Part shown: one piece after another, positions 11,966 to 22,450 of the stretch
Position numbering within the stretch: position 1 is the first letter of the stretch
Layout: each line of letters opens with the position of its first letter
Sequence record: MZ170040.1
DNA length: 64,000 nt
From: Escherichia phage vB_EcoM_FJ1
Reading direction: 5' to 3' (one strand)
Translations under genes and position numbers: made by a program
The notes under the pieces: model-generated
What the model was told of the DNA's origin: nothing
Databases searched by the model: none
What the model saw: the letters and a program-made list of their open reading frames with translations, nothing else

Positions 11966-13144
11966 TTAAAAATATTTTTTAAAACTCATCATAACTTTAT
12001 CATCAACGTCATTATCAATCTGTGCAACAAGGTAAGATGACAGTTCTACTTCTTGTGGCGCGGATTGAACATTATCAGAATTAAGATATTCACGAATCCA
12101 AGGATATGGATGTTTAACCGGAGCATCGGTAATTGGGCATGGAAGACCACACTGTTTCATACGAGATACAGTTAAGTAATCAATAAAGCTCCACATGCTA
12201 TTTGTATTTAATCCAGGAACATCGCCATCTTTAAATAAATGAACTGCCCAATCTTTTTCTTGGCGGTTAACTTCCATGAAAATATCAACTGCTTCTTGTT
12301 CACACTCTTGAGCAATTTTAACCCATTCATCACCATCAGTACCGGATTGAAGCTGACGAATAATATATTGAGTGCCTTTAAGGTGAAGCTGCTCATCACG
12401 TGCAATGAACTTCATAATCTTGGCATTACCTTCCATGATTTCCATGTTCTTATGGAAGTTAAAGGTACATGCGAAAGATACATAAAAACGAATAGCTTCT
12501 AAGGCATTAATAACGTGCAAACAGAGGTAAAGAGATTTCATTAAAGCACGTTTAGCTTCGGCTTCTTGTTTAATAGCTCGGTTTAAACGAAAGACAGCAT
12601 CAGGAGATTCTTTAGCTAGTTCTACAAATTCTTTAGCATTTTCCCATTCACGGGTTTTAATCAGAACATCATCATAATAACGCCCAATGGATTCAGCACG
12701 TTTCATAATAGCTTCATCTAATACAATCTCATCAAATACCTTCGATGGATCAGTATAAAGATTTCGCATGATATGTGTATATGAACGGCTGTGAATAGTT
12801 TCACTAAAAGTCCACGTAGCAACCCATGTATCAAGGCTTGGGTCTGAAATTAATGACATAAGTACAGCAGACGGCGCACGACCCTGAATGCTATCCAAAA
12901 GTGATTGATACTTCAAGTTGTTAGTAAAAATATTCTGCTGATACTGAGGAAGCTTATTAAACTGTGCAGCATCCATCATTAAGTTTACTTCTTCGGGACG
13001 CCAGAAAAATGATAAGGACTTCTCTGTAAGTTCTTCAAATACTCGATGCCGTTGAATATCATAACGCGCAATACCAAGACCTGAACCAAAAAACATAGGT
13101 TCTTTTAAAACATCAACTGGATTTGTATTAAAAACTGTGCTCAT
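11966..13144 (-). CDS. nrdB: ribonucleotide reductase small subunit (continuous ORF, no intron)
   Basis: 392-aa uninterrupted ORF with di-iron radical R2-type sequence; adjacent to nrdA. Confidence 0.9.
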   Translation of the reverse strand: MSTVFNTNPVDVLKEPMFFGSGLGIARYDIQRHRVFEELTEKSLSFFWRPEEVNLMMDAAQFNKLPQYQQNIFTNNLKYQSLLDSIQGRAPSAVLMSLISDPSLDTWVATWTFSETIHSRSYTHIMRNLYTDPSKVFDEIVLDEAIMKRAESIGRYYDDVLIKTREWENAKEFVELAKESPDAVFRLNRAIKQEAEAKRALMKSLYLCLHVINALEAIRFYVSFACTFNFHKNMEIMEGNAKIMKFIARDEQLHLKGTQYIIRQLQSGTDGDEWVKIAQECEQEAVDIFMEVNRQEKDWAVHLFKDGDVPGLNTNSMWSFIDYLTVSRMKQCGLPCPITDAPVKHPYPWIREYLNSDNVQSAPQEVELSSYLVAQIDNDVDDKVMMSFKKYF

Positions 13145-13195
13145 AAATTTTCCGCTTAGTTAATAGTTGGTGACTCGTCCATGAGTCAAATTATA

Positions 13196-15460
13196 TCATA
13201 ATTTACAGGATGAACAATCTTCAGCTTTTGGAGTTTCTATTTCATAATCATCAGTACCAGAACCATCGCGGGTATTATGATAATAGAAGTTTTTAATGCC
13301 ATAATACCATCCGTATAGCATGTCATCAATCATTATTGACATTGGAACCTTTCCTTTTGGAAAAATCTGCGGGTCATAATATGTATTCGCCGAAGCTGAT
13401 TGACATACCCATTTCAGCATAATAGCTACCTGCGTAAGATAAGGTTTATTACCTTTCTTAGCTAATTTCCATGTATAGTCGTAAAGGTCTATGTTATGCT
13501 CAATATTGGGCACGACTTGATTAAAGGAGCCCTCTTTTGATTCTTTAACAGAGACTGGTCCACGTGGAGGCTCGATACCGTTTGTACTGTTAGAAACTTG
13601 GGAAGATGACTCACATGGCATAAGTGCTGATAATGTGCTATTACGGATGCCAAAGAGCTTAAGGTCTTCCCGCAGCGCCGACCAGTCACAAACGTATTTT
13701 GGAGCTGCGATTTGGTCAATCTTTTTATTGTACCAGTCGATAGGTAATTCGCCTCGAGACCAACGAGTGTCTGAATAATATTCGCAAGGTCCTTTTTCTT
13801 TGGCGAGCTTAATGGATGCTTTAATGAGTCCATACTGTAATCTCTCAAATAGTTCATGTGTTAAATCGTTAGCATCTTCATAAGAAGCAAAGTTACTTGC
13901 CAGCCAAGCTGCATAGTTAGTAACACCTACACCAAGGTTACGACGCTTTTTAGCTTTTTCTGCTTCAGGAACTGGATATCCTTGGTAATCCAACAGATTA
14001 TCAAGAGCGCGAACTTGAACTTCTGCTAATTCATTAATTTTATCTTGGTCTTGCCAATCGAAGTTATCCAGCACAAATGCAGATAACGTGCACAATCCAA
14101 TTTCAGCATCAGGGCTATTCACATCATTTGTTGGAATAGCAATTTCACAGCACAAGTTACTCTGACGAATAGGTGCCTTTTCACGAATAAACGGAGTATA
14201 GTTATTCGTATTATCAATGAACTGCACATAAATCCTTGCTGTTCCTGAACGTTCAGTCATGAGCAATTCAAATAGTTCACGGGCTTTAATACGCTTTTTA
14301 CGAATATTAGGGTCTTTTTCTGCTGCTTCGTATAATTCACGGAAACGGTCTTGATCTTTAAAATAAGAATAATAAAGCTCGCCACCCATTTCATGTGGAC
14401 TGAACAAAGTAATGTAATCGTTCTTTCCGAATCGTTCCATCATTAGATCATTCAGCTGAACACCATAATCCATGTGACGAATGCGGTTTTCTTCTACGCC
14501 TTTGTTATTTTTCAAAACGAGAAGATTTTCAACTTCCAAATGCCAAATAGGATAATAAGCAGTAGCAGCGCCGCCACGAATTCCACCCTGTGAGCATGAT
14601 TTAACAGCAGTCTGAAAATGTTTCCAAAAAGGAATAACACCAGTATGGCGTACTTCACCCATGCCAATCTTAGAACCTTCAGCACGAATCATACCAACGT
14701 TAATACCAATTCCAGCGCGTTTAGAGATATATTCAACAATTGAAGCGGAAGCCTTATTGATAGACTTTAATGAATCACCTGCCTCAATAACAACACATGA
14801 ACTGAACTGTCGAGTCGGAGTACGACAACCAGCCATAATAGGAGTTGGCAATGAAATCTGTCGGGTTGATACTGCTTCATAAAAACGGATAACATGTTTT
14901 AATCTATCAACAGGTTCATCTTGATGCAATGCCATTCCAATAGCCATAAATGCAAACTGTGGAGTTTCATAAATTTGACCAGTGGTTTTATCTTTAACTA
15001 GATATTTTTCTTTTAATTGCATCGCCCCGGAATAAGTAAATTCCATATCCCGTTCGTGCTTAATTTTTGATTCTAAAAATGTAATTTCTTCTGCTGAATA
15101 TTTTGACAATAATTCAGGGTCATATTTACCTTCATTTACACAATAAGAAATATGGTCAATAAATGAACGTGGTTCATACTGCCCATAAACATGCTTACGA
15201 AGAGCAAACATTAAACAGCGTGCAGCTACATATTGATAATCAGGTTCTTCAACCGAAATAGAATTCGCAGCGGCCTTAATGACAATAGTCTGAATATCAT
15301 CAGTTGTCATTCCATCACGGAGATAAGATTTAATATTTTCATATAATTCATAAGGATCTACTGATGTTCCTTCAGCTGCCCAAGATAAAACTTTAATAAT
15401 TTTTTGCGGGTCAAAGCTCTGAGAAACACCACTACTTTTGATAACATTAATTAATTGCAT
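13196..15460 (-). CDS. nrdA: ribonucleotide reductase large subunit
   Basis: 754 aa, class Ia RNR alpha with ATP-cone N-terminus and C-terminal CSSCKL tail. Confidence 0.9.
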   Translation of the reverse strand: MQLINVIKSSGVSQSFDPQKIIKVLSWAAEGTSVDPYELYENIKSYLRDGMTTDDIQTIVIKAAANSISVEEPDYQYVAARCLMFALRKHVYGQYEPRSFIDHISYCVNEGKYDPELLSKYSAEEITFLESKIKHERDMEFTYSGAMQLKEKYLVKDKTTGQIYETPQFAFMAIGMALHQDEPVDRLKHVIRFYEAVSTRQISLPTPIMAGCRTPTRQFSSCVVIEAGDSLKSINKASASIVEYISKRAGIGINVGMIRAEGSKIGMGEVRHTGVIPFWKHFQTAVKSCSQGGIRGGAATAYYPIWHLEVENLLVLKNNKGVEENRIRHMDYGVQLNDLMMERFGKNDYITLFSPHEMGGELYYSYFKDQDRFRELYEAAEKDPNIRKKRIKARELFELLMTERSGTARIYVQFIDNTNNYTPFIREKAPIRQSNLCCEIAIPTNDVNSPDAEIGLCTLSAFVLDNFDWQDQDKINELAEVQVRALDNLLDYQGYPVPEAEKAKKRRNLGVGVTNYAAWLASNFASYEDANDLTHELFERLQYGLIKASIKLAKEKGPCEYYSDTRWSRGELPIDWYNKKIDQIAAPKYVCDWSALREDLKLFGIRNSTLSALMPCESSSQVSNSTNGIEPPRGPVSVKESKEGSFNQVVPNIEHNIDLYDYTWKLAKKGNKPYLTQVAIMLKWVCQSASANTYYDPQIFPKGKVPMSIMIDDMLYGWYYGIKNFYYHNTRDGSGTDDYEIETPKAEDCSSCKL

Positions 15461-15777
15461 AAGTCCTCAACTTGAAAATCGTCTTTAAACAATCGGTTAA
15501 CTATATGAGCTATTATATCACCATGACACGGCTTTGGTTTACATGTGCATCCTAGCCTCATTCCACGTAAAGGCTCTAAATGTGCTTTAGTTATTTCTCC
15601 GGATTTAATTCGACGTATAAAATCTTTTTTGAATAATTCAATGGCAGCCTCCCGGCTGCCAGCATCTTTACCGACGTAATTTCCCCAAAATGTACCGCGG
15701 TGAATATTAACATCAAAGTCGGATTTGTATTTATTCACTACCCGGCATAGACGGCCCACGCTGGAATAATTCGTCAT
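15451..15777 (-). CDS. hypothetical protein with CxC..CHGD motif
   Basis: 108 aa; [19 protein letters not shown] motif. Confidence 0.55.
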
Positions 15778-15994
15778 ATTGTTTTTCCGTTAATACAGTA
15801 ATATCATAGTAACAATCGGAAGAAGTTTTAACTGTGGAAATTTTATTATCAAAATACTCACGAGTCATTTTATGAGTATAGTATTTTTTACCATAAATGG
15901 TAATAGGCTGTTCTGGTCCTGGAACTTCTAACTCGCTTGGGTTAGGAAGTGTAAAAAGAACAACGCCAGAAGTATCTTTAAATCGTAAAATCAT
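15731..15994 (-). CDS. hypothetical protein
   Basis: 87-aa ORF overlapping td start. Confidence 0.5.
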
Positions 15995-16851
15995 ATTGCC
16001 ATTTTCCCTTTAATTGCTGGATGCGATTCATAATTTTCAAGGATAAAATCTTTCGGTTTCATGTATTCAGTTAACCAGTAAAGCTGTGTTTCGGTGTCAC
16101 AATTTCCAAACTCTATAGGCCAATCAATTTTAAGTTCACACAGTTCTTTAGGCTCACGACGTAAAATTTCTTTACATTGCTCAGTATGATTCATATAGAT
16201 GTGAGTATTACCACCAGAAAATATCAAATCTCCTGGGATAAGATTACACATCTTAGCCACAATATGCGTCAAGGCAGCGTACGAGGCAATGTTGAATGGC
16301 AAGCCCAAGAAAACATCTACACTTCTTTGGTACCATTGTAAATCAAGATAACCATTACGCACATTAAACTGATAGAACATATGACAGGGCGGTAATGCCA
16401 TTTGATTGATTTCAGCTGGATTCCATGCTGAAACGATTTGACGTCGATCAGTTGGTAATTTTTTAATACGATCAATAGTTTCAACTAATTGATCCACACC
16501 ACCGAAATCACGCCATTGTTTACCGTATATAGGACCAAGTTCACCACTATGATATCCTAGGTCTTTAGCCTGGTTTTCATAGTTATCGTCCCAAATAGTT
16601 TTACCTTGAATAAGACTGCCATGAGTGCGAAGACGTAAATCATTAACATTGGTAGAACCGGAAATAAACCATAGAAGCTCAGCAATGCATGCATTCCAGG
16701 CGAGCTTCTTAGTTGTTACTGCAGGAAAACCTTTGGTTAAATCCCAACGCAATTTAGTACCGAACAAAGCAATTGTTCCTGTGCCCGTTCGGTCATCGGT
16801 TTCATAGCCATTTTCAAAAATGTCTTTAATTAAATCTTGGTATTGTTTCAT
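15991..16851 (-). CDS. td: thymidylate synthase (continuous ORF, no intron)
   Basis: 286 aa; TS signature incl. active-site region PCHMFYQF; uninterrupted reading frame. Confidence 0.9.
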
Positions 16852-16896
16852 TTAGTACCTTATATAAATTATAATACATTTTATGAAGCTGAATAA

Positions 16897-17256
16897 TCAA
16901 TACGGTTTAGCATCAAATTTTCTTTCAATTTCAGGCGTGAAATATAATTCTTTACCACGTTTGGAAAAGCGACCAATAATATGATAATTATTCTTATCAA
17001 ACGTAATATTACCAATATCCATAGCTTTCAACCAAATATCGATATTTCTATCCAGCTTTATGTCAAAATTCCAATACGGAGAACTATTACCGAAAATACT
17101 GCAAGCGGATTCAGTGAAACAGCTACTATAAATCTTGTCTTTAGGAACTACTAATTGATAGACACCTTTAATAAACTGAGGACCTTGCCATTTTGGCTGT
17201 TTCGCGTCTTTTTCTAATAGAATAGGGTAATAATTAAAATTCATATTTTCCGCCAT
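16897..17256 (-). CDS. hypothetical protein inserted between frd and td
   Basis: 119-aa ORF with its own start/stop and short flanking spacers. Confidence 0.55.
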   Translation of the reverse strand: MAENMNFNYYPILLEKDAKQPKWQGPQFIKGVYQLVVPKDKIYSSCFTESACSIFGNSSPYWNFDIKLDRNIDIWLKAMDIGNITFDKNNYHIIGRFSKRGKELYFTPEIERKFDAKPY

Positions 17257-17264
17257 GCGTTATT

Positions 17265-18091
<827 letters not shown>

Positions 18092-18102
18092 ATTATCTCC
18101 TA

Positions 18103-18435
18103 TTAAAAAGGATCAGGAACATATCCGCTAGCTTTAATCATTTTAATTAACGTTAACATTCCTTTGTTAACTGCTCGTGAGATTTCATCAAAAACTTCAT
18201 CACTAAAAAGTTCTAACACGCCCTTCTGAACTTTTAATTTACAGCCAACAATTTCGTCATCGCCTATAGTAAATTCGTTTCCGCCAATTCCACCGAAAAA
18301 CTTAATTACACCAGTTAACTGTCTTCCACGAGAATATGGGTCGTGTGATAAAGTAATATGAGTCACCCCGGGTACAGTTTTAAATTGGCAGCGAATATTT
18401 ACTTGTGAAATTCCAGTTACATGAATGTCAGACAT
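18103..18435 (-). CDS. hypothetical protein
   Basis: 110-aa ORF. Confidence 0.5.
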   Translation of the reverse strand: MSDIHVTGISQVNIRCQFKTVPGVTHITLSHDPYSRGRQLTGVIKFFGGIGGNEFTIGDDEIVGCKLKVQKGVLELFSDEVFDEISRAVNKGMLTLIKMIKASGYVPDPF

Positions 18436-18445
18436 AATATTTTCC

Positions 18446-18688
18446 TCAAATAGACTTTTTCACAATTTTCCAATCAGCTTTAAACTGATCGACGTCAGAG
18501 TGATAAATCCAAAATCCTGCGCTTTCACCGTCTTCATAAAGCGGACACCCATCACATTCATCTTCCCATCCCATGCCACGTAAAAGGTGTTCAGCTTTTT
18601 CAACAAGTTCAGAATCTTTACCGATGATATTAAAATACCATTTACCTCTAACTTCTGAATCTTTGATGCTCTGGCGTTGTAATCTCAT
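18446..18688 (-). CDS. hypothetical protein
   Basis: 80-aa ORF. Confidence 0.5.
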   Translation of the reverse strand: MRLQRQSIKDSEVRGKWYFNIIGKDSELVEKAEHLLRGMGWEDECDGCPLYEDGESAGFWIYHSDVDQFKADWKIVKKSI

Positions 18689-18826
18689 TTTATTCTCCTT
18701 AGCAAGCTTTAATCAAAAGATATAAACAGACCAACATAACTGCTGCCATAATATAAGGTGCGAACATTTTCTTTTCTCCATTAGTTTTGATAGGGTAATA
18801 GTATCACACTACTACTCTTCTGTAAA

Positions 18827-19192
18827 CTACTTTTTGAAAGTTTTTCGCAAAAGTTCAATGATTTCATCTACATTGTTTTCGTCAACAATGCAGTGAATTT
18901 TTGTTACGCCAGAAACCTTGTCTTTGACTTCATCTTCTTCAGAAGTCGGTTCTTTATACTCACGAAAACAATGAAATTCATCTTCGCAGACGTTGAAGTA
19001 AAAATGCTTTCCATTGGCGCATTCTACGTGTTTTACTACTTTAAATCCATCAGCAAAGAAAACTTCTTTAACTTCAAACCATCCGCCATTTTCTTGAATA
19101 GCTTTAACTATTAATGAATTAGAACGCGGGCGATAATTAATAAATGTATCAATAAGTCTTGGAACAAGTTCGTACTTTTTATCAATATACAT
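18827..19192 (-). CDS. hypothetical protein
   Basis: 121-aa ORF preceded by early promoter-like GTTTAC/TACTAT at ~18790..18825. Confidence 0.5.
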   Translation of the reverse strand: MYIDKKYELVPRLIDTFINYRPRSNSLIVKAIQENGGWFEVKEVFFADGFKVVKHVECANGKHFYFNVCEDEFHCFREYKEPTSEEDEVKDKVSGVTKIHCIVDENNVDEIIELLRKTFKK

Positions 19193-19236
19193 TATGTTTT
19201 CCTCATTTTAATAGGGGCTTGATAGCCCCTCGATAA

Positions 19237-19488
19237 TTACTGTTCAATCAATCCCATGTAAAATTCTGCATCTTCAGCATCCATACCATCACAGTATTCA
19301 TTAGCCATAAATCGTTCAAGAACTTCTAAAGGACCTTCAATAACAATAGAAAAATTGCAATAATTGGGATCATCATGAATACTTGTGATACTAAGTTCAG
19401 GATAACGATTACGAATAATTTCTTCAATATATTCAAAATCAACGATGTCAATATCAACTTTAGCCATATTGTTTTCCTCTTTAATCAT
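19237..19488 (-). CDS. hypothetical acidic protein
   Basis: 83-aa ORF downstream of gene 32 terminator/promoter cassette. Confidence 0.5.
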   Translation of the reverse strand: MIKEENNMAKVDIDIVDFEYIEEIIRNRYPELSITSIHDDPNYCNFSIVIEGPLEVLERFMANEYCDGMDAEDAEFYMGLIEQ

Positions 19489-19504
19489 CAGCAGTATTGC
19501 CGAT

Positions 19505-19542
19505 AGTTGTATAGTACCATAAAGCTTTATGCTTGTAAACCG
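19505..19542 (-). promoter_or_regulatory. T4 early-type promoter (-35 GTTTAC, 18-nt spacer, -10 TACTAT)
   Basis: minus strand GTTTAC 19535..19540, TACTAT 19511..19516. Confidence 0.55.
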
Positions 19543-19561
19543 TTTTGTGAAAAAATTTTTG

Positions 19562-19590
19562 AAATAAAAAAGGGGACCTCTAGGGTCCCC
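19562..19590 (-). terminator. rho-independent terminator after gene 32
   Basis: GGGGACC-loop-GGTCCCC hairpin followed by T-run on minus strand. Confidence 0.65.
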
Positions 19591-19612
19591 AATTAATTAG
19601 TAATATAATCTA

Positions 19613-20518
19613 TTAAAGGTCATTCAAAAGGTCATCCAGGTCCGTGTCATCAGCACTAGATGAACTGCCAGAGCTTGAGCTCATAAAATCATCTTCAGTT
19701 TTTGTATTGAAGTCATCAACATTGAATGCATCCAAATCATCAGCAACTTTATCAGCTTTCTTAGCAGCAGTTGCTGCGGCACCACCCATAGCAGCAGTTC
19801 CCATAACTTGACTGAACTTAGTGCTCAGTTCTTCAAACGATTTGAATTTATCTTTAGAAGTCATTTCAGAAAGGTCAACCATTTGTTCGAACAGTTCTTT
19901 CTGGAAAGATTCATCGTCAATATTTGGAATCGCAGATTGATTCAGGAATTTAGATTCGTCGTAGTTACTAAATCCAGAAACCTGTTTAACTTTCAGTACA
20001 AAGTTAGCACCTTCCCACGGGCAAGTTACATCAACTGGAGTTTCACCCATTTCTACATCAACCGCAATCATTGCATTGATTTTATCCCAGATTTTCTTAC
20101 CGAAACGGTATTTAAATACTTTACCTTCGTTTTCTGGAGCAGCTGGGTCTTTTACTACAAGAATGTTAGCCCAGTAAGAAGTTTTACGTTTAACAAGACT
20201 GTACTCTTTATTGTCAGTGTTGTACAGATCATTTTTACTGATGTACTGACATACTGGGCAAGAATCGTAATCACCATGGGTAGATGAACATGTTTCAATA
20301 TACCATTTACCATTTTTCTTGAAACCGTGATTTACAAGAATTGCGAATGGTGCTTGTTCATCATTTTTAGACGGAAGAAAACGAATTACTGCTTGACCGT
20401 TACCCGCATTATCGAGTTTCAGTTTCCACTCGCCTTTATCTTCAGAAGAAAAACCTTTATTGCCATTCAGTTTAGCCATTTGTGCAGCAAGTTCAGCAGT
20501 AGATTTACGTTTAAACAT
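19613..20518 (-). CDS. 32: gp32 single-stranded DNA-binding protein
   Basis: 301 aa, [49 protein letters not shown]..., acidic C-terminal tail; matches T4 gp32. Confidence 0.95.
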
Positions 20519-20572
20519 TTTATTTCCTTTTTAATTTAATTTAATTAACAGTTGGTGCTATGACACTTTACC

Positions 20573-21205
20573 TCATAGCTGGCATAATTCGCAATACTCT
20601 GGGTCTTCGAGAGGTATCCAACCTGAGTTGAAATACTTTACCATCGATTTAGCAGTTGTATCAGTTATATTTATATTACCTTTAACTCTTCGCCATCCAG
20701 GAGTTTTACCGTACAGATTAGAGGATAATAATAACACATAATTCTCGTAAGCAATATGAGATAATTTCCAAGACTCTATATTAGCTCGTGATGTTTTCCA
20801 AGGTCTAAAATCGTCACGGTTCATATAATTAGCCAATCTCATATGCTCTCTAACTTCCGGGTCTTTGGCTGGATGAGTTTCACCACTCACACCAAATCCA
20901 CCACCAGCATATACCAGATTAAAATAGTCTGGATTATCTCTGGCATTTACTTCAAGTTGGTATTTTCGTTCTGCTTCAATAACATCCAAGTCATCATCAA
21001 TTTGAATTATTTTAACGCTCGGTTTTTGAAGCATTAGCGCATTCAAAAATCTTTTTTGTTTACATGAGCTCCAGTATTCCTTTCCGGAAGAGTCATATAT
21101 TATTCCGTTCTCAAATGAGCAATTTAATTTACTACCGATATAGTAGTATGGCGGAGTCTTATTTTTGACACGGTCTTCAAATGTAAACCAATATACTATA
21201 TTCAT
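20573..21205 (-). CDS. segG: freestanding GIY-YIG-like homing endonuclease (segG-like position between 32 and 59)
   Basis: 210 aa; N-terminal NIVYWFTF...PPYYYIGSKLN resembles GIY-YIG; located between genes 32 and 59. Confidence 0.55.
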   Translation of the reverse strand: MNIVYWFTFEDRVKNKTPPYYYIGSKLNCSFENGIIYDSSGKEYWSSCKQKRFLNALMLQKPSVKIIQIDDDLDVIEAERKYQLEVNARDNPDYFNLVYAGGGFGVSGETHPAKDPEVREHMRLANYMNRDDFRPWKTSRANIESWKLSHIAYENYVLLLSSNLYGKTPGWRRVKGNINITDTTAKSMVKYFNSGWIPLEDPEYCELCQL

Positions 21206-21206
21206 A

Positions 21207-21860
21207 TCAATACTTGCAAGATTTCACAGTTTCAATGAAAACACTTTTAGCTTTCTGTGAATCAATATTTAAAATTTTTCTATAAGCCTTTAACTTTATA
21301 GAATAATTATTCCAGACTAAATTATCAGTCTGTTCATCATGTTTATCAATTATATTTAAAAACGAATCAAGCAAGATAAACGTCTCAAACGAAATTATGT
21401 TCGATTGCAGAAGTTTAAAAATATAACTTGATTGAACTTTTGGATTATACTCAAAGATTTCTTTAAAAGCAGAAACTTCAACTTTTTTACTAAAATAATA
21501 AATGTTGCGAATATCTTCTTCAAACTTAAATTTAATTTGCTTTAAGCGTCCGATATATTCACGATAAAACACAAGTGCATCAGCGTCAGAGATGTCACCA
21601 ATCCAAGCATCTTGGTTAGCAACCAAATTACTTATAAAGATTAAAGCAAGTTCCTTTAATTTATATTTTTCTGATAACTTCTGGAAAAAATACTTATCCC
21701 TTCGCTTTTGATAAGCGGCATCAGACACCCGCATGCACCAATTATACTTAATTACATCATACTTTCCATTCATATGTTGTTTTATCATTAAGTATAATTT
21801 ATAAACTGATTTACCATCAATATATCTTTCACCACCAGCAGGCATGCGGAGTTTAATCAT
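21207..21860 (-). CDS. 59: gp59 helicase loader
   Basis: 217 aa, MIKLRMPAGGERYIDGKSVYKLYLMIKQHMNGKYDVIKYNW...; T4 gp59 length and sequence. Confidence 0.85.
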   Translation of the reverse strand: MIKLRMPAGGERYIDGKSVYKLYLMIKQHMNGKYDVIKYNWCMRVSDAAYQKRRDKYFFQKLSEKYKLKELALIFISNLVANQDAWIGDISDADALVFYREYIGRLKQIKFKFEEDIRNIYYFSKKVEVSAFKEIFEYNPKVQSSYIFKLLQSNIISFETFILLDSFLNIIDKHDEQTDNLVWNNYSIKLKAYRKILNIDSQKAKSVFIETVKSCKY

Positions 21861-22204
21861 AGTAGAAAATCTAATGTATTAGTTTTTTCACAACGAACAA
21901 CAGAAGGACGTAAAAGATTTTCGTCAATAGCTTCCGACTGAATTTTTTCAATTATACCCGAAGGAATAAATTTAGCAAATTGAGTTTCAGGAATAGAGTT
22001 TTCTTCCAAGAATGCTGTCGTAGCTTCAAGATAACTCATTCCAAACTCTTCTACCATTTTTTCAATAATAAATCCATTTTCTTGACGATCAAGAAGCTTT
22101 GCTATTTCATCCTTTTCTTTCTTAATTGAAAGTTCTTTTTCTGAAAGACCGGTCTCATCGACCGGACGAATATCATTTAGAGAAAACTGTGTCATAAAGT
22201 TCAA
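21857..22204 (-). CDS. 33: gp33 late transcription co-activator
   Basis: 115-aa acidic protein at the T4 gene 33 position between 59 and dsbA. Confidence 0.7.
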   Translation of the reverse strand: MNFMTQFSLNDIRPVDETGLSEKELSIKKEKDEIAKLLDRQENGFIIEKMVEEFGMSYLEATTAFLEENSIPETQFAKFIPSGIIEKIQSEAIDENLLRPSVVRCEKTNTLDFLL

Positions 22205-22442
22205 CTACCTCTTCAGTTTCAGCTTCAAACACATCACGGTTATCTTTATGATACAAAGCTAATAGACGATTAAACATCTTACCATCAACGCCAAGTTCAT
22301 CTTTGGCACGAATTCGAATATCTTTAATCAATTCATTATAACCAGAAATTTTCAGTTTATGATCAGATGCTTCTTTAATAAATTTAGCCAAGTCTTCGCC
22401 GTGGATAGCTTCATCAAATTCAACCATTTCTTTTTTAGCCAT
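22173..22442 (-). CDS. dsbA: DsbA double-stranded DNA-binding protein
   Basis: 89 aa, position between rnh and 33 as in T4. Confidence 0.7.
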   Translation of the reverse strand: MAKKEMVEFDEAIHGEDLAKFIKEASDHKLKISGYNELIKDIRIRAKDELGVDGKMFNRLLALYHKDNRDVFEAETEEVVELYDTVFSK

Positions 22443-22450
22443 TATTCACC

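Larger units (their letters stand above)
19505..19592 (-). repeat. terminator plus early-promoter cassette, copy 1 (near-identical to 37445..37530)
   Basis: shared core gtaaaccgttttgtgaaaaaatttttgaaataaaaaa read at both loci. Confidence 0.6.

Noticed and set aside
19808-20287. 159-aa plus-strand ORF
   Set aside because: Lies entirely antisense within gene 32, whose product is unambiguous; Phe/Ser/Arg-rich shadow-frame composition.
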